Below are positions 12,770-25,760 of a stretch of 64,000 nt of DNA, in pieces (positions within the stretch are counted from its first letter, which is position 1; each line of letters starts with the position of its first letter). A program made the position numbers and the translations under genes. This stretch comes from Vicugna vicugna. Lineage: Eukaryota. The stretch covers positions 1 through 64,000 of the forward strand of contig MU058725.1 of NCBI GenBank assembly GCA_013265495.1. The letters are read 5' to 3'. The notes under the pieces are model-generated. The model had not been told where the DNA came from. It saw only the letters and a program-made list of their open reading frames with translations, and did not search any database.

Positions 12770-13265
12770 GTTCATTCATTTAATATCAAACTTTTAAGTT
12801 TTGTCTAACTAAAAGCATCATGGCACATATGTACATGGCCCTATGCTAGGTGCTGGAGATGATAGGAAGATGAAGGCAGAGTTGCTTCCACTTGGGATTC
12901 TCAATCTGGGAGGAGAGGAGAATGTGTGAGGGGAGCAGGGACAGAGAAGGTGGAGATAGAGGAGCACCTTCACCCGTTCACCATTCACCAGCACACGTGA
13001 AGGTCTTGGGAGCAGAAGGGAGGAGCAGCTAGCTTATAAACAGGGAAAGGCAGCTGAACAGCTGTCATATTAGAGATGGGTCTTGATGAAGGACCATGTG
13101 TTTACCAGGCAGAAAAGAAAGAAATGGCATTAAGAGTAGAAAAAAAAAAAAGATATATACAAAAGTGTGGGGATGATGAGTGTGTGATGTGTTGGGGACA
13201 AATTAGAAGTTCACTGTGATTGGAATATTGGGAGTGTAAGTAGAAGTTGCTAAAAGATAAAGCTG
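12770..13265 (-). mobile_element. L2 LINE remnant (other L2 pieces ~120-220, 13790-14200, 25180-25470, 55700-55940)
   Basis: ttcattcattt tail followed by tgctaggtgctggagat and purine-rich L2 3' region motifs. Confidence 0.55.
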
Positions 13266-13273
13266 ACAAATAG

Positions 13274-13782
13274 TGTATACATTATTTATTGCTGTTTAAT
13301 AAGTCATCCTAAAATTTAGCTTACAGCAGCAAACATGTATTATCTCACAGCTTCTATGCGCCCTTGGTCTGCGTCTTGTCTCCAACAAAGCTACAATCAG
13401 GACCAAAGTCATCTGCAGGCTCTACCAGGGGTTGGTGTACTTCCCAGCTCACTCACGTGGCTGTTGGCAGGATTCAGTTCCTCACTGGCCATTGGCTCCA
13501 GACCTCCCTCACTTCCTTGCCATGTGACCTCTCCATAGGGAAGCTCACAACATGGCAGTTGGCTTCATCCAGGTGAGCAAAGCTCAAGGAGAGCAGCGTG
13601 AAACATGGGAGGTGCCAGCAATGCACATCGCAAGGTCTTTTCCTAATCTTAGATGTAGCATCCCATCCCTTTTGCCATATTCTACTAGTTAGAAGTGGAT
13701 CGGGATGGGAGATTACACAGAGAGTGAATAACAGAAGGAAGGAAGGGATCCCTGGGGCCACCACAGACTCCTGCCTAGCACA
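13274..13782 (-). mobile_element. MaLR LTR (MLT1-type)
   Basis: tattatctcacagcttct, ctcactcacgtggctgttggcagg, terminal ctgcctagcaca. Confidence 0.8.
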
Positions 13783-16580
13783 TGCAGGCTGGAGCAAAGT
13801 ATGAAAGCATTTATATGCTCAGCCAAGGAAGTGGTGCCTTATTTTATTGGTCATGGGAAGCTACTAATCATGTTAAAGGGGTGGGGAAGGGAGGTACTTG
13901 ATGCAATTAGATTTACATTGTATATTGGATCACTCTGGCAACAGCTGAAAGGATTCCAGTGGGGGAGATTGGAGATGAGGCCAGTAGGGAACCTGTGGGA
14001 CTACTCCAGGTGGGCAATGATGGGGCTTGGTCCAAGGCAGGGAGAGAAGAGGTGGTGAGGAGGGGGGCAGGTAGCAGAGCATTTTGTAAGTAGAAACAAC
14101 GCATCTGATTTAGTGACTCATTGTAGGGATTAAAAAGGGAAACAGGTCAAACCTAACTCCATATCTAGGGACTCTATGAGCAGGAAACACTGAAGGATAA
14201 GCAGTTCTGGGGCAGAACTGAGCCAGAGGTATTGGGCTCTGGACTAAGCTAATGGCAAACTAGAACTGGAACTCAAGCTGGCATCCTGCTTTGCTCTCTG
14301 CAGCCTCGTATCCTGGTGTTTATGAGCTCATCCAAGTGCGGGCCCTCACACTGGGTCTATCACTCACTAATGATGTGACCTGAGAAGAATTATTGCCTTG
14401 CCTGAGTTTCTTTAGTGGAAAGTGGAAACAGCTGGAACTTACCTTCACAGATGATGATAATTAAATAAAATATCCCACACCACGTGCTCAGTGGAGCCTC
14501 TGGCACCTGGTAAGTATTAGCTACTATGATGATTTCTGGCACTGTGGCCTGTGTGGGTGTCTGAGTGCTGCCAGGGCTCAGTTCCAACACCCTTTAAATC
14601 TCACCTAGAGATGTACAGAGGATTTTAACTACAGGTAAGTTCACCTGTATCCCCATCCTAGGCCCCTGGGATGGCTGCTGCATACTTAAGCGATTATTTT
14701 TAGTTAGATCTCAATTTCTGTTATATTTCACTTCAGTGTTTTCTGCCTTCTGCTGTGGTTGTGTTGGTTCCCACATATATGGCTTTTTGCTGGTTTCTTG
14801 TGTGTCCTTGAGGTCTCACCATCCAGGCTAGAAGTTCCCAGAAGGCAGGGCAGAGTCTTTGGCTTTCCAGATGCCTTTGGTCCTAGCAGGGAGGTGGGCT
14901 GTCTGAGTTCACTGGCCATCAGCCTCTTTACTTGGCTTCCTTCCTTCCTCCCTCCCATGCTGCCCTGCCCCTGGCAGTGGCCTGGGAGCGGCTCACAGAG
15001 GTGGGTGTCACTGATGTTCCAGCATCAGCTTTGCTGAGGGGGCTCAGACTCCCCTTCCCCTGACCACCTCACACAGGGATGCAGGGAGGGCATCAAGGTG
15101 CCCAGGGGAAGGAGAAGGACTTTAAGGACCTGAGTAGGGGAGAGCAGGGCAGGGTGAGGGGCTTGGGACCCCTTCTTTTAGCCTCCTGGCCTCCACTGCC
15201 CTGCTGTGGCCCCTGGGTTCCTCCTCCCTTGGCCTTTAGAGCTTGGAGAAGGAATTTTCAGGAAGGAATTTCAGAAGGGGGAATAACTGCCTCTATTTCT
15301 CTCTCTCTTGTCCTTTCAGGTGGATCTAAGAGTTTGGAGTTTAACTCCGGCTTTTGGGCTCCATGTCAGCTCTAGATGAAAGTCGGGTGGTTAGGTTTTA
15401 GCTGCTTCCCATCCCTTTCAGGTCTGGGAAGCTGGGAGTTTGAGAGCAGGAAGCTGTAGATTTGGAGACATGGGAATGGGGAGGGCTGGGGCTGGGGTCT
15501 GTGTGCTGTTTCAGCCCCAGGAAGAGGGAGCCAAAGCTTGTCTAGCAGAGGCTTCCAGGCTGTTGGGGTGAGTGGTGGCTGCTGTGCACACAGCTTAGGA
15601 CATGGCTCGATGGTCCGACACCCATCTCCCCTGGGACATGGCTAGGAGCCCATAGCATGATGTCACCCTCCACCCTCCCACCCCCAGCTCTGTGCTCGGA
15701 GGAGGTCTGGCATATTGTCTCACCCTCGGAGCATCTGTGGTGGGGATGGGAGGTAGGGCAGCACAAGGGTTGAGTGCATGCCCACAATCACCCAGCAAGG
15801 CTCTGATGGCCGGAGACCAACCTTGGGGGGCAGTACTCAGATTTTTCCACTGAAGTAATTTCAATTGCCAAGGAAAGAATTACATGTCACCCAAGTCCAG
15901 GGTCAGACTAGGAGGGAAGTGGTGTCTGATGGGTGTCCCCAGAGGCTCATCACAAAGCTATGAGATTTCACTGAAGTCTCTTACTTTATCTCACAAATGC
16001 GTGTGAATTTTATGTTCACAGCCATGCTCCAACTATGTTTATTTTTACATAAAAAAAGGCTTCCCTCCAACAACTTTGAGTGAAACTGAACCTCCAGGTG
16101 GACAAGCAGTTGCACATCCCCAACCACAGCCCTGGAGAGTCCTGACTGGGGAGCATTTCATCAGATTTCAGGGCTGGGCTGACTTCTCTGTCCCATACAG
16201 TTGAGAAAATGGGGGCAACAGCCTGTCCATCCTGGTCAGTCTTCTTACAAACCATAACAACCACAGGAGCTTTTGTCAATGGAGCGGGTTGTGCAACGTG
16301 CAGATGCCGAGTGTTTTCTGTGCTCTATCTCTCACCAGCCCCTCGCGATGACTCAATGACGTCAATAATACAATTAACCTCCTTTGACAGAGGGGGAAAC
16401 TGAAACTCAGAGAGGTGATGCTTCCTGCTCTCAGTGGCCACCAGATGGTGGAGTCAGGGATTGAATCCTGGCCTCCCAGCCCCTGCTTCATCCCTCTGGG
16501 GCTCTGTGTAGCTGGGTGTGGTGAGGACAGGCAGTGGGGGTGTGCGGGGAGGAATCCTGAGTGCTGGCTCTTGCCCGTAG

Positions 16581-16725
16581 GTGCCCCCCTTGTCAGCATG
16601 CCCCCCAGGATCCACGGCTACCTGTACAAGCCCCTGCTGGTCTCCTACTCAGTGCACAGTGGCCTCCCCTTCCGGCTACAGCTGTGGTAGGAGGGAGCCA
16701 GGCTGGGCAAGGAGAGGCACTTTTG
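16581..16725 (+). pseudogene. HMCN2: HMCN2 pseudo-exon (first visible); TAG stop at 16688-16690; Cys>Tyr
   Basis: cccgtag|[57 protein letters not shown]|gttagt. Confidence 0.9.
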
Positions 16726-17225
16726 GTTAGTGATTGATGGCTGCTCATTTTCCCCAGCCCCAGGACTCCTGGGAGATTAGTGCCCTGGTGGGATCTGTGA
16801 GGAGTGGGTGGGACCTTGGCCTTGGTCATAATGTGTTCCTGGGAACCTCCCAGCATGACCACTACTGGGTCATCACCCTGTGAAGGAGTCATGGGCCTTC
16901 CCCAGATTCTGAAAACTCAACCCATGCGGGCCCAGCTCTGCGCTGGTCAGAGCAGGAAGGACCGCTGAGCCCCTCCCCCTTAATGGTTGGAAGTCCAGGG
17001 CTTAGAGAGGGAGAAGGACTTGCTCTAAGTCACATAGCGTATCGTGGGATTTGCATGTCCTTGTGTCCTTGGCTGCCTGCCTCTTCTCACCATGTCTCCA
17101 AGAGGATTTGGGCCTCCCTTCTGGGCAGGATTCAGGGGCCCAAGCCCCCTGAGGGCTGGATGAGGCTGGAGGACCTTGACTGGGGTCAGTGTGACTGTGT
17201 GCCTCCAGCTGTTCTGTGTTCGCAG

Positions 17226-17347
17226 GGAGTCAGGGAACAGCAGCTGGGAGATCCCATGGGCCTCCAAGTCTGAGGCAGGCACCTATGAGTGCACAGTGAT
17301 CAGCAGGGCTGGGACCCAATGAGCAAAGACCCAGACTGTCGTCACAG
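17226..17347 (+). pseudogene. HMCN2: HMCN2 pseudo-exon; TGA stop at 17320-17322
   Basis: cgcag|[39 protein letters not shown]|gtctgt. Confidence 0.9.
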
Positions 17348-18818
17348 GTCTGTCCCTTTGGGCCCATCCGCATATGCCCTCCCTACCCTCTTCCTGAGTT
17401 TTCCCTCTAAGATTTCCTCCCAGAGTTTCTCCAACCATGAGCAAGCATGCAGCAAGCTGCTGGGGGCTGTCCATCATCTGGAGTCTAATGCCCATGCTGT
17501 ACCTGCCTGCTGGCTCCCGTTTGGCCTGTCTCACCCACGAATGGCCTGTGGGCCTCAGTTGCAGGAAGGTTGAGGACCAGCACTTGGGCCATGGCCCCAG
17601 CCCCCAGCCTCAATCCCACCCTTGATTTCTTGGTCTGGCCGCTGGGACCTGGTAAGCTCCCAGGCCCTTCCAGGAACCATTGTCCATCTTGTAGTCTGGA
17701 TCCCTTAATTCCTCCAGGCCCCACCATGTGGCACCATTGGGCTCAGGAAGGTTGGAAACACCGCAGACCCTCTTGAAATGAAATTGGCTTTATTTTTAAA
17801 ATAATGAGCCTAGCTTGAAGAGAAGAAAAGGGGCCCAAAGAACATGGAGAGATCACCACTCTGTATTCCTAATTTCACACAAAATCACGCATGCTCCTTA
17901 TAGGAACTGGGGAAATATAAACCAGGAAAAGAAGATGGAAATGACCTATGACCCCTCCATTGTGGAGAGGACCTTGAGAGCATTCAGATTTACTGCCTTT
18001 TGGACCTTTATCTATGTGTGCATTTTAACAAAAATGGGATAATTTGTCATCTAACACTACATACAGCATGTCAGCAAATGTTTTACTGTTTATAAGTGGT
18101 GAGCAGAGAAAAGTAAAACAGAGTAAGGAAACTTGCATATGCGTTTATCAGACCTAACGAGTGCTAATCTTTTGTCGTATTTGCTTTCTCACTTTATAGT
18201 TAAACTTATAAAAAGTAAATTTTAGTTGATGTGACATTTCAGTATGTATCTCTTTTTTTTTTAAAAATTGATTTTCCTGTGTAATAAAGATTCTGTGTTG
18301 AACCTAATGAAATGAACAGTAAGTAATACTTAATGCTATTTGATTTGGTCCAGAGTCAGATTCCCCCTTTAGGATGCTTGGACATCATGGTCATTGGCAT
18401 GTGGACCCAGCATTTTTCCTGCAGGTTCTCAGCCCACGTCCCTGGTTAGATGGCCTCTGATCTGTCACTTCTTATGGCCTTTTCCTCTTGAGAGAGAGCA
18501 GGTTTCTTAGTTCTTTCCTCCTGTGGGCAGTGGTCTTTTTTATTTCCACATTGGGCTGCTGTGTGTACAGAGAATAGCTCTGCATTTCTCTGAGGCTTTA
18601 TTCCCCAGGGTGGAATTATTAGCTCAAAGGGTGTGAAGAGTGGTGTGGCTCTTGCTAAATATTGCATTTGGCCGATGTGTGGGGAGCAGGCACACACGCT
18701 CAACCATCGGCGGGTGTATGATGGACGTAGGGTGGTGCCATCCCAGCATGGTGGGCCTGCAGGATGTCCCCCTCCCCATGTCAGCCCCTTAGTGCCTCCT
18801 ATGTTCCTGTTCTTGCAG

Positions 18819-19086
18819 AACCCCCACCACAGTTGGTCCCTGTCCCCAATGTGACCATGTGCCCAGGAGAGACCACCATCCTGTCCTGCCGGGTCCTGGG
18901 CGAGTCCCCCTACAACCTGACATGGGTCTGGGACTGGCAAGTCCTGTCAAATGGGCAGAGTCACACAGCTGGCCAACCTGTCCTTGGAGGTCAGTGACAT
19001 CATTCCCAGTGACGCTGGGCAGTACCAGTGCATGGCCAGTTACTCCAACAGGGTCACGAGGGTGTCTGTCTGGCTCCTGGTGTGAG
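18819..19086 (+). pseudogene. HMCN2: HMCN2 pseudo-exon; frameshifting deletion ~18948, TGA at 19083-19085, donor reads AT instead of GT
   Basis: [86 protein letters not shown]. Confidence 0.9.
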
Positions 19087-20049
19087 ATTGCTATAATCCC
19101 AATTCAACACTACCTAGTGTTTTCCCATAAAGTCCATCAAGCCATTCTTCTGCCCAGCCGTCACCTCTGGCAGGCAACATCAGCCCTACCGGTGTTTCCT
19201 GAACCTTCAGAGAAAGCATTCTGTAGCCTTCCAGCCTAAATATAGTAGTTCTCACAGTTGGGAAGTTCACCCTCATATCTAACCTAAGTGTCTACTGCTG
19301 TAGGCCAAACCAATTTCATTGGCTGTCCTTTTCCTGTGCCACTGAGCAACTCCATTGTCCACCCCTCCCAACATGTAGGACAGAGAAGGAACACTGGAAA
19401 TTTCCAAAAGCCCAGAGATCAGATGTGCTTGGCAGGGGCTGGGTAGCACTGACCAGATGAGGGTAGAGGAGGCAGTGGGAGGAGCACATGTCTTGAAGTG
19501 TTAGTGCCTGGACGTAGCCTCAGTTCTACCCAGGATTAGATAGATCCTCCTCTTTCGGGTGCTATTTCCCGAAGTGCAAGAGTGAGTGTGGTGGAACAAG
19601 ATAGGTGAGTTGGCCCGGGAGGCCTGTTTGAGCCTGAAAGTCTGCTGTACTGTAAGCTTTCTGAGGGCCAGGATAAACCTAAGTTTGCAGCCCATAATTA
19701 GGCAGGCCTTGGGGTCCACTCAGGGCCCCTGCCCTGGCATCTCAACAGCTCTTTAAGCTTCTTCAAGGCGCCTAGGACAGGGCAGAAATCTAGAGAGCTC
19801 AAGGCCCCCGCTGGGGGGTGTTGGGAAATCAGGTCCCCGTGGGGTCTGGGGATGTGTCTGAGCAGCTGTCTGTTCAACCCCAGGTCCCAAGGAAGCTGTT
19901 CCCAGGGATGCAGGCCCCTCAGAGCCTTTGCTTCCTTTGTCTCTGCCGTCTGTGGCTGCAGGGAGGTGAAGAGGGCCCAGGGCTGGTACCTGGTTCAGCA
20001 TGACTCCTCTGACAGCCTCTTCTCCCCTTGTCCTCTCTTTAAACCACAG

Positions 20050-20190
20050 AGGTCCCCCAGGTCAGCATCCACACCAGTCCCAGCACTTCTCCCAGGGTAT
20101 GGAGGTGAGGGTCAGCTGCTCAGCCTTTGGGTACGTGGCACTCCACATCTCCTGGAGTCGTGAGGGTCATGTCCTGCAAGAGGACAGCAG
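20050..20190 (+). pseudogene. HMCN2: HMCN2 pseudo-exon; 1-nt deletion ~20077
   Basis: [45 protein letters not shown]|gtgaga. Confidence 0.9.
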
Positions 20191-20678
20191 GTGAGAGGCC
20201 TGGGACTTGGAGCTCTGGGACTGGGAACAGGTGGTCAAGGACTCCCAGGGACCCCTCTGAACCTCAGTCTTCCTAACTGAGAATGGAGGAGTAGCGTGTG
20301 CCCTGCCTTCTTCCTGGGATGACATGAGACTCAAGTGAGATCACTTTGGCAACATAACGATGCCTCAGGATGGGCCCAGGCATTAGGAGCTACAGCTCCA
20401 GAATCCCACAGACCTGTGCTTGAATCCTACCTCTGCCGTTCCAGCTGTGTGACCCTGGGCAAGTCACCTTACCTCTCTGAGCCCCACAAATGAAAAAAGA
20501 CCACATAAGTAAAGTGCTGACCACACAGCCCAGCACAGAGCAAGCAGCCAGTGTAGAGCGGTGTCACTAGTGATCTTGTTAATTAATTTGTTAATTGACA
20601 TAAATGATTGGAGCAACCGCAAGTGACTCAATCTAACCGGCCCCTTGCTGTTGAACTCGTTTCATGACATGACTCCAG

Positions 20679-20789
20679 AGTCCGTGTGGATGCCCATGGA
20701 ACCATGATTATTCAGGGAGTGGCCCCGGAGGATGCTGGGAATTACAGCTGCAAGGCTGCTAATGAGGTTGGCACAGATGTGGAGTGGAG
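20679..20789 (+). pseudogene. HMCN2: HMCN2 pseudo-exon; 3' end runs into assembly gap
   Basis: [35 protein letters not shown] then N run 20790-20824. Confidence 0.88.
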
Positions 20790-20824
20790 NNNNNNNNNNN
20801 NNNNNNNNNNNNNNNNNNNNNNNN
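20790..20824. other. Assembly gap (35 N) covering the end of an HMCN2 exon
   Basis: N run. Confidence 0.99.
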
Positions 20825-21429
20825 CTCCAGCCCTCTCTCCGTCCCTGTGGTCCACAATACTTACCGAGCATCTACTGTGTGGGAGGCACTGGGGATATGG
20901 CAGTGAACACATGGTCCCTGTCCAGATGGAGGGTAGTGTGATGGAGTGATGTGCAGGTGGGGTGAAGGGGAAATGGCTGTTACCCACAGGACCAGCCACC
21001 ACAAGGAGGTGACCCTTGACACAGACATGAATGGGAACAGCATTCCAGGCAGAGGGACCAGGTGGAGCAAAGGCCCTCAGGTGGGAATGAGTGTGGGTGT
21101 AAAGGGGCTGCAAGGAGGCTGGCTGGGTGGGGGTGGGGTGTGGAGGGGAATTTTAGAACTTTGTAGAATTTCAGCTTTTATCTCAAGTTCAATGAGGGAC
21201 AACAGGGTGGGGGTTGGCCCCAGGAGTAACTGTTTTTTTGAAAAAACAGCTGAAGTTACATCGTTCTGGGGTGACTGTCCCGGGTTCCGGAAGTGGCATG
21301 TTGGGGTGGGGAGGAGGCAGGTGCTCACCATCCTGTCCCCACCGCCCCTCCCCTAGCTGCGGAAAGCTGCATTCTCACTCCAGGGAGTCTGTGGGCTGGT
21401 CCCTAATTCTCCGTCTGCTCCCCACACAG

Positions 21430-21528
21430 AGCCGCCATCCATCTCAGTCATAAATGCTGTGGTGCTCGCTACTGTCGGGGAGGAGGCTGTGCTGGCATGT
21501 GAGGCCCCCCGGGTCATCTGGTATCAAG
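21430..21528 (+). pseudogene. HMCN2: HMCN2 pseudo-exon; in-frame 5-codon deletion (CEA-----PRVIWY)
   Basis: [32 protein letters not shown]|gtacgt. Confidence 0.88.
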
Positions 21529-22309
21529 GTACGTTAGGTGGGAGAAGGGCCGGCAGAATGGTCCCCCTAGGGCCCTAGAGGGTGGGGGCAGGATGGTCAC
21601 AGGGGGCACTCTGAATGGAATGTCTGGAGAGAGGGAGACGTTTCCAGCAACCCCACTCAGCCCCAGCCCAGCCCAGTGTCCACAGAGCTGATGCAGGCTG
21701 GCGCTGTAGTTAGGTGCAGGATTTAGAATAGACCCAGATTTGAATTCTGGCTCCCCTGGGTGTCCTTGGGCGAGTGACTTGGCATCTCTGAACCTGCTTC
21801 CTTAGCCGAAAAATGGGGAAGATCAAAGATGGGTTGGTTGTGTCCATATGTGGATTAAATGAGTCCATATGTGTCAATTGTTTAGAACAGGCCTGGATTA
21901 CGGGCTGGGCTCGCTGTTCTTAGTGACATTGATGGTGATGGTGATGGTGATGGTGATGATGTGATTATCTGAGAAACAGGAATAGTGGCAATAGGGCTGG
22001 TGGTGAGGCTTTTCTGAGTTAACGGATGTAAAGGGTTTTCTCTGAGCTGGGGTTTGATTCACAGATGCTGTTCCTGGGCCCACACCAATGGACGTGGGTC
22101 CTGGGGCTGCAGCCGCAGACTTTCTAGAAGCAGAACTCTGGGCTCCGTCTCCATCATCAGCCCCCTCCCATGTGCAGACACTGGTCACCAGCTGGTGGTG
22201 GCAGAGGCCTTGGGACTCCTTGTTCAGTGCTCCTGTCACACTGTGCTGTGGCTGAGAGCCCCACCAGCCTGGCTGGGGTGCCCATTTTTGAAGGGGGATT
22301 TCTCAAAGG

Positions 22310-22835
22310 AATGTTATTCAGCCTTAAGAAAGAATGAAATTCAAGTTGTACAACAATGTGAATAGAGTTACCACTGAACCGAATACTTTAAAATGGTTAG
22401 GATAATGAATTGTATGTATTTTTTACCATCTATTGTTTTAGTTGAGAAAAAGAGATGAAATTTTATTACAACGTGGATGAACATTGAAAACACTATGCTA
22501 AGTGAAATTAGCCAGACGCAGGGAGACAAAGATTATATGATTCCACTTGTAGGCGTGGACTCTTACATGGGTGACAGCTGGAATATGCAGATTTATAGAG
22601 ACAGAAAGGAGAATGGTGGTTGCCAGGGGCTGAAGGAGTGGAAAATGGGGAGTTGGTATTTAACAAGCCAAGTTTCAGTTTGAGAAAATGAAAAAATTTT
22701 GTGGATGAATGATGGTGATGGTTGCACAACAATGTGAAGGTACTTAATGCCACTGAATTGGACACTCAGAATGCTTAAAAGGTAAAAATTTTGTTTATGT
22801 ATGTTTTACCACAATTTAAAAAATAAAAAAAAAAT
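22310..22835 (+). mobile_element. Old L1 (L1M-type) 3' end with A-rich tail
   Basis: tggatgaacattgaaaacactatgctaagtgaaattagccag..gatggtgatggttgcacaacaatgtga..aaaaataaaaaaaaa. Confidence 0.85.
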
Positions 22836-23184
22836 TGTAAAAAGGGGTCAGAATCAGGGTAGTCCCTCAGGCCTCAGGAGTTTGGGGGTGGGGTAGGGGT
22901 AGGGGGATAAGGCAGGGACAGAGGGACAGCAGGCAGGAGAAATGAGGGAAAGGCCCTCAGAGAGGCAGCCATAGGGGTTGGTCATCTCAGTGACCCTGAG
23001 CCCCTCCCAAAGCTGATCCAAGCCTCACCTTGCACCTGGGCAAAGGGTGCGGGGACCTGGTAGGGAAGCCCAGGCAAAGAGTTCTTGGGTGATAAACCTG
23101 TCACATGTTGGGGGACAGGCTGAGACTCACTTCTGGTCAACAGTGGGGCTCGGGGAACTGGACCCAGGGGTGCTGACTTAAACA

Positions 23185-23345
23185 TTTTTTTAATTATGAT
23201 AAAATATACATAATATTCTCCATCTTAACAATTTTTAGGTGTACAGTTCAGTAGCACTAGGAATATTTGCAGTGTCATACAACACCCCCATCTTTCTCTA
23301 GAACTCTTCATTTAGCAAAACTGAAAATCTGTACCTGTTAAACAA
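23185..23345 (-). mobile_element. L1 3' fragment
   Basis: ccatcttaacaatttttaggtgtacagttcagtagcact. Confidence 0.7.
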
Positions 23346-23508
23346 TAGGGGTCCTGACTTTTGTGGGGAACCTTTCCCTCACACTCACCCCTCCAAGGTT
23401 CCAGCCTTGTGAAGTTGCAGGAGGGCAGGGTCAGGAAGGCAGCCTGATTCCCTGGCCTTCCACGGCAACCATGGGTACCTGCCTGATGCTTTCTCTTCAT
23501 TGGTCCAG

Positions 23509-23658
23509 AGGGTGTTGAAATGATTCTGGCCCCTGAGGCCTCTAGCTCTGGGATGCTGCAGATCCTGGCGGCTCAGGAGAGGAACGCTGGCATCTATGCC
23601 GGCCGAGCTGTCGATGAGTTGGGCGACACCTTGGCGGAAGTCTGGCTGGAAGTTGGAC
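23509..23658 (+). pseudogene. HMCN2: HMCN2 pseudo-exon; conserved Cys>Gly (YAG for YxC)
   Basis: [49 protein letters not shown]|gtgagt. Confidence 0.88.
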
Positions 23659-23814
23659 GTGAGTGTACACCTGGTCCCCACCTGCCACCCCTCCCTATCA
23701 CCTTCCCTATCCCTGAGCAGGGAAGAGAGAACGTAGCCATGTAGCCTGCCAGTGGGGAATCTGAATCATATAGATCCAGAGTATGTGGGACAGGGGCTTC
23801 AGAGGGAGATGGCA

Positions 23815-24338
23815 TATGCGTTCCCTCTTGCTGGGTAACAAATTGCCCCCCAAACTTTGTAGCTTAAAGCAATAAGCATTTATTATCTCACAGTTCTGGA
23901 GGGTTAGGATTCTTGGAGTGGCTTAGCTGGCTGGTTCTGGCCTCAGGGCCTCTCCTGGGATGACCATTAATACATTGGACAGGACTTTGATCATTTGAAG
24001 GCTCAACCAGGGCTGGAAGATCCACTGTAAGTTCACTCATGTGGCTGTTGGCAGCAGGCCTCCATTCCTTACTCACATGGGCTTCTCCAGAAGGTTTCTT
24101 GTGACATGGATTTTCCCAGAGGGAGTGAGTCGAGAGAGATAGAGATGGAGAGGATCCAAGATGGAAGCAGTAGTCTTTATAACCAGTCATGGTCTTGGAA
24201 GTGACATACCATCACTCCTACCATATTCTCTTGGTCACACAGACCAACCCTGGTACAAGGTGGGTGGGAGGGACCACTCAAGTGTGTGAATACCAGGAGG
24301 CAAGTGTCACTGGGGCCATTTGGAGGCTGCCTACCACA
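23815..24338 (-). mobile_element. MaLR LTR (MLT1-type)
   Basis: gcatttattatctcacagttctgg...ggaggctgcctaccaca. Confidence 0.85.
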
Positions 24339-25020
24339 GAAACAGTTTGGTTCAACTTGAGCATTGTCATGCCCAAGACCTGAGTTCCAGTCTTGTCTCC
24401 ATCACTTACCATTTATGTGCTTTGGTGAAGTCATTGACCCTCTGTTTCCCCATCTGTAAAATGGAGCTGACCACACTACTTCTTTTACTGGGTTGTTGTG
24501 AGGGTTCAGTGAAATCAGGCATTAAATGCTTAGCACATGGTTTGGCCCATCATGAGTGCTTAATAAATGGAGAAGCAGTTACCCCCTTTTTACAGACGAG
24601 GAGGAGGCTGGAGTCTTCTGTGGCTGGTACATGGCCTTGGCTGTGATTGTCATGATGGCTAAGCTCCAGGCCTGGACCCTGGGCACTGGGAACTGCTCAG
24701 AAGCTGTGGGCATGGCTCCTTGGCTTGCTGAACCAGAGTGGATTGGGCTCTGAGGGTTGGCTGTGGCCACAATGGGAGAGACAGGTGTTAGAAGTTCTGG
24801 GCAAGTGCAGAGAATGGACAATGTTCTTAACTGGGCTGGGTGGGATGTCCAAGGGGCTCCCCACAGAGACTCAATCAGGAGGGTCTAGCCCTGGGGGATA
24901 TGGTACCATCTCAGGGTTGGGATCCTCTCAAGCTTAGGGTAGCCTTAGCCTTCATGTATCTCCATCATTTATTCCTCTGACACATGGTCACCAAGTGGCC
25001 AGGCCCTGTTCCCATTGCCC

Positions 25021-25080
25021 AGTCCTGGGTTCAATCCCTGGTACCTCCATTAAAAAATGTAAAAAAAAAGAAAAGAAATG
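25021..25080 (+). mobile_element. 5'-truncated copy of the same SINE
   Basis: gtcctgggttcaatccctggtacctccattaaaa plus A-rich tail. Confidence 0.75.
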
Positions 25081-25559
25081 GTAAATAGACAATTAGAATA
25101 TTCAGTGTATTGAGCATTTAGAAGTAGCATTCTCAGGGCCTGAGGGTGGCTTGTTTGTCTCTGGCAGCACTGGAGGCCAGGAAGGCTTCTTGGAGGAGGT
25201 GATATTTATGCTGAGCCTACAAGCAGTCAGGTGATGAGCTGGGAAACAGTGTTTCAGGCAAAGGGAACAGCATGTGCACACCTCCCCATGGGAAGGGAAG
25301 CAAGGTAGCAAGTGGAACATAGAGACGGTGGGAAGAGGGGAGGCTGAGGTGGCTGCCCTGCTGTGGGTCACTCCCAGCCTCGGGTTAGGGAGCCTGGTAG
25401 AGTTTGGGCTTTGTTCTGTGGGGTCGGTGAGAGGTTTTAAGGAGGAGAGCCATGTGCTCAGACTTTCCATTTCTAGAGTGTACTGTGTGGGTGGGGTGGG
25501 TGTGGAAAGTCATAGGTTTAGATAATAATAAAACTAGAAGTAAGACTTCCCATGAAATC

Positions 25560-25760
25560 TGCCATGTGCCAGGGCCAGCTCTATGCACATTTCATGTACC
25601 AGCATGAAATCCTCCTCACAGCCCTTTGAGATGGGCTCTATCATTATTCCTGCTATAGATGGGGGAAGTGAAGCACAGAGAGGTTAAGTGCCTTGCCCAA
25701 GGTCACACAGCTGGCAAGCAGCAGAGCTGAGATTTGAAACTAGGGTCCAGGCCTTTAGCC
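25560..25760 (-). mobile_element. MIR SINE (one of many: also ~1-110, 1720-1830, 11900-12070, 21720-21900, 24370-24570, 28740-28900, 43980-44110, 61630-61830)
   Basis: MIR core gcacagagaggttaagtgccttgcccaaggtcacacagctgg. Confidence 0.85.
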
